Assembly (NCBI GenBank): GCA_963785235.1
Contig: CAWAUM010000013.1
Coordinates: forward strand, 1-64,000
Length of the DNA stretch: 64,000 bases
Source of the DNA: an uncultured delta proteobacterium
GTDB taxonomy: Bacteria; Desulfobacterota; Desulfomonilia; UBA1062
Direction: 5' to 3'
In this document: piece by piece, positions 61,540 to 64,000 of the stretch
How positions within the stretch are numbered: the first letter of the stretch is position 1
How the letters are laid out: every line of letters begins with the position of its first letter
Notes under the pieces: model-generated
What the model saw: the letters and a program-made list of their open reading frames with translations, nothing else
The model's database searches: none
What the model was told of the DNA's origin: nothing
Made by a program: the position numbers and the translations under genes

Positions 61540-62667
61540 TCAGGGAATAGGTCTTTCATAGATTCGATAGGTTTTGTAGAGCTCAGGGGTGAACGGTTTC
61601 AGTTCATGTATCATCTTTGTATTGGTCTCAACAATCAGCGAGCAATCCGACTCCCAGACATCCGAGAGGAGACTCTGTTCAATAATCTTCAGGTAGAAAA
61701 TCTCATCGATGTGCTGCCCCTGATATTCCGGGAGCACCCCCATGATGACGGTTCTCACCCTCTTGGTTTTTTTTGCTTCTCTCATGAACCTTAAGAGCCG
61801 CCACGGGTAGAGCCTTCCGTTTAAGATCCGTAGTGCCGGATTGACGTCCGGTATGGTGATAACGAAGCCTATGGTCTTTCCATCCTTCTCCGCAAATATG
61901 GTAAATTCAGGGGTGAGTAACATCTTCACTTCGGCAAAGAACATCTCCGTCTGTTTTTCTGTCAGCGGAAGATGGCCCCAGTTACCCTCCCAGGCGGCAT
62001 TGAAGATGTGCTGCACATCTTTCACCCTTTTTGCCAGGTCCCTCTTGTCGAGGTTTTTGAATACCGTGTCCGTTGTGGAGAGAAGGCCCTTTCTCACTTC
62101 ATCCAGATAGGGTACATGTTGGGCGTAATTGACGCGCTTCACCAGGAAACAGTGCCAGTCGATGCATTTTACAAACCCGCATGCCTCGGCAAGATCCTTA
62201 TAATAAGGGGCAAAGTGGAAAAGACCCACTGATGGGATGTTCCCCTCCCCTTCCACCTCGAAACCAACCGAGTCGTAGATGGCGAAGCTCTGCGGGCCGT
62301 TCATAATCTTCTTGCCCTTGTGCTTGAGCCAGGAAGATGCGGTATCGAACAGTGCACGGGCAACCTCCGGGTCATTGACGGCCTCGAAGAACCCGAAGAA
62401 CCCCGTGCCGTTGTCATATTTGTTTTCATAAAGATGATTCACGTGGGCTGTGATACGGCCGACAAGCCTGCTGTTTTTATATGCCAGAAAAAACTCTGCC
62501 TCACCTATCTCAAAAAAGTATCCTTTTTCCCTGTCGAAAAAATTTTTCTGGTCACTGATGATAGGTGGGATCCATGCCGGATCATTCTCGTAGATCCGGG
62601 CTGTCCATGGGAACATCATGAAGTCTTTCATCATGCCCTTAGTATCAGCGCGCCTCACCTCAACCAT
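61540..62667 (-). CDS. tandem-GNAT N-acyltransferase, bacterial ceramide synthase (bCerS)-like
   Basis: F..FPW..IY..DP.WIPP, FLAY....VGRI.A, GFFGFFE...D.EVA.AL, GP, N.AW..NWG..P, PD.N, GVLPEY, YRIY. Confidence 0.72.
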   Translation of the reverse strand: MVEVRRADTKGMMKDFMMFPWTARIYENDPAWIPPIISDQKNFFDREKGYFFEIGEAEFFLAYKNSRLVGRITAHVNHLYENKYDNGTGFFGFFEAVNDPEVARALFDTASSWLKHKGKKIMNGPQSFAIYDSVGFEVEGEGNIPSVGLFHFAPYYKDLAEACGFVKCIDWHCFLVKRVNYAQHVPYLDEVRKGLLSTTDTVFKNLDKRDLAKRVKDVQHIFNAAWEGNWGHLPLTEKQTEMFFAEVKMLLTPEFTIFAEKDGKTIGFVITIPDVNPALRILNGRLYPWRLLRFMREAKKTKRVRTVIMGVLPEYQGQHIDEIFYLKIIEQSLLSDVWESDCSLIVETNTKMIHELKPFTPELYKTYRIYERPIP

Positions 62668-62809
62668 GTCAATTCACCTCCATCGCACGATAAGATACTA
62701 TATAAGGAGGATGCGCTCAGATGCCAGCCCTATAACGGGAATATGGTGTAAGGATTTGGTGTTAAAAACGTGTATAAAATGATTATATGATATTATATAT
62801 GGGGGAACC

Positions 62810-62974
62810 ATGAGACAGACCATAAATGCCACCCAGGCTGTAAGAACCTTTTCGGAGCTTCTCAATGAGATTAAATACAAGGGAACGACATATACCATAG
62901 AGCGATCAGGTAAACCTATTGCATGTTATCTACACATTTGCATGCCCCTCTTTTTCGATGATTATGAAAAATAA
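62810..62974 (+). pseudogene. Phd/YefM-type antitoxin fragment, no toxin
   Basis: INATQAVRTFSELLNEI...YTIERSGKPIA, then runs into repeat family B. Confidence 0.7.
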
Positions 62975-63000
62975 TGGCCTGGAATAACTATTGGCTCTGG
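62921..63000 (+). repeat. dispersed repeat family B, copy 3 (inverted)
   Basis: GCATGTTATCTA...CATGCCCCTC...GATGATTATGAA...TGGAATAAC..TTGGC matches the reverse complement of 48831-48916. Confidence 0.7.
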
Positions 63001-63040
63001 CCTCTAGGCTCTGCCCAAGATGATAATACATGAGAGATTA

Positions 63041-64000
63041 TTACCATCCATCAAGTACCCTCCGGATAGTCTTAGCCAATACTTTCATTTCTATGGGTTT
63101 CATGACAAATTCTCGAATGCCGATCTTTTCTGTCTTCTCCTTCGAGATATGTTCACTATACCCAGAGCATAGGATGATTGGGATGTCATGCCGGATCTCC
63201 ATAAATTTCTGAGCCAGTCTGTCCCCTGTCATACCCGGCATTGTCATGTCTGTAATAATCAGGTCATATTTGTCAGGACTATCCTGAAAGAGTTTCAGTG
63301 CCTCAACACTGCTTGTTCTCGTTTCTATAGTATATCCTAATTTGCTGAGCATTTTCTCTGCTAGATTTACCAAGACGGGTTCATCGTCTACAAAGAGAAT
63401 ATGCTCCTTTCCTGTCGGGATTGTCTCTTCCTCTTCATGCGTCACTACCTCTTTCATGGATTCAATTTCAGGCAAAAATATTTCAAAAGACGTACCCTTA
63501 CCAGGGGTGCTCTTGCATATTATATTGCCACCATGACTTATCACTATCCCATGAACAACCGACAACCCCAGACCGGTTCCTCGACCCATTTCCTTTGTAG
63601 TGAAATAAGGCTCGAAGATCCGATCAAGAATTTCAGAGGGTATCCCATGGCCGGTATCACTGACCGAAAGTATGAGATAGTTTCCAAGATGAAGGTTCAA
63701 TTCGTGTGCCTCAGTCTCTTTATTGATATTCACTCTCTTCAGACTTATCTTAAGTACACCTCCGGTCTTATCCATGGCATGAGATGCATTTGTACAGAGA
63801 TTCAGAAGAATCTGATTTATCTGCGTAGGATTCGACATGATCAGGCCGGAATCGGTTAGGTCCTGTTGAATATCAATGGTTGTGGGTATAACAGAACGCA
63901 GCATCTTGATGGAATCCTTAACAACAGTACGCAGCGCAATAGGTGAATATTCGACATCTGTTTTTCTGCTAAATGTAAGGATGTGTTTTGCAAGCTCTTT
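63041..64000 (-). CDS. hybrid histidine kinase C-terminal part (HATPase + REC), 5' end outside window
   Basis: QILLNLCTNA, DTGHGI, IFEPYFTTK, GTGLGL, ILFVDDE, TDMTMPG. Confidence 0.93.
   Translation of the reverse strand, partial: KELAKHILTFSRKTDVEYSPIALRTVVKDSIKMLRSVIPTTIDIQQDLTDSGLIMSNPTQINQILLNLCTNASHAMDKTGGVLKISLKRVNINKETEAHELNLHLGNYLILSVSDTGHGIPSEILDRIFEPYFTTKEMGRGTGLGLSVVHGIVISHGGNIICKSTPGKGTSFEIFLPEIESMKEVVTHEEEETIPTGKEHILFVDDEPVLVNLAEKMLSKLGYTIETRTSSVEALKLFQDSPDKYDLIITDMTMPGMTGDRLAQKFMEIRHDIPIILCSGYSEHISKEKTEKIGIREFVMKPIEMKVLAKTIRRVLDGW

Overview
64-kb window from an anaerobic, deltaproteobacterium-like (Desulfobacterota-type) chromosome. The assignment is inferred from the tmRNA tag ADDYNYAMAA, the Ahb heme route, sigma54 systems and apparent Sec recoding. 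1-22.5 kb is mostly core: ssrA, gmhA, a Roadblock/DUF4388/HAMP/REC operon, lptD-folC-accD, manC, hemB-ahbD-ahbA, a divergent desulfurase and an arn (L-Ara4N) operon. 22.5-64 kb is a mosaic accessory region. It holds an Lpp-like lipoprotein with two L,D-transpeptidases, a second arnT with a metal-type two-component system, an integron-type GNAT cassette, an IS1182 relic, a glycyl-radical-enzyme operon with SCP2-like and KDSR-like genes, an acyl-CoA carboxylase and a putative sphingolipid cluster (SPT, KDSR, PAP2/AUR1-like, bCerS). Many genes, including essential ones, carry single-base frameshifts, most likely long-read indel errors. Highlights missed by the ORF track: a MerB-like lyase in which both catalytic Cys positions are in-frame UGA codons, each followed by a GGUC-loop SECIS-like hairpin; a HesB-like selenoprotein; two 57-bp attC sites; an orphan PEP-CTERM tail; and two families of degenerate dispersed repeats. 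All family calls come from motif recognition by eye, not from database searches.
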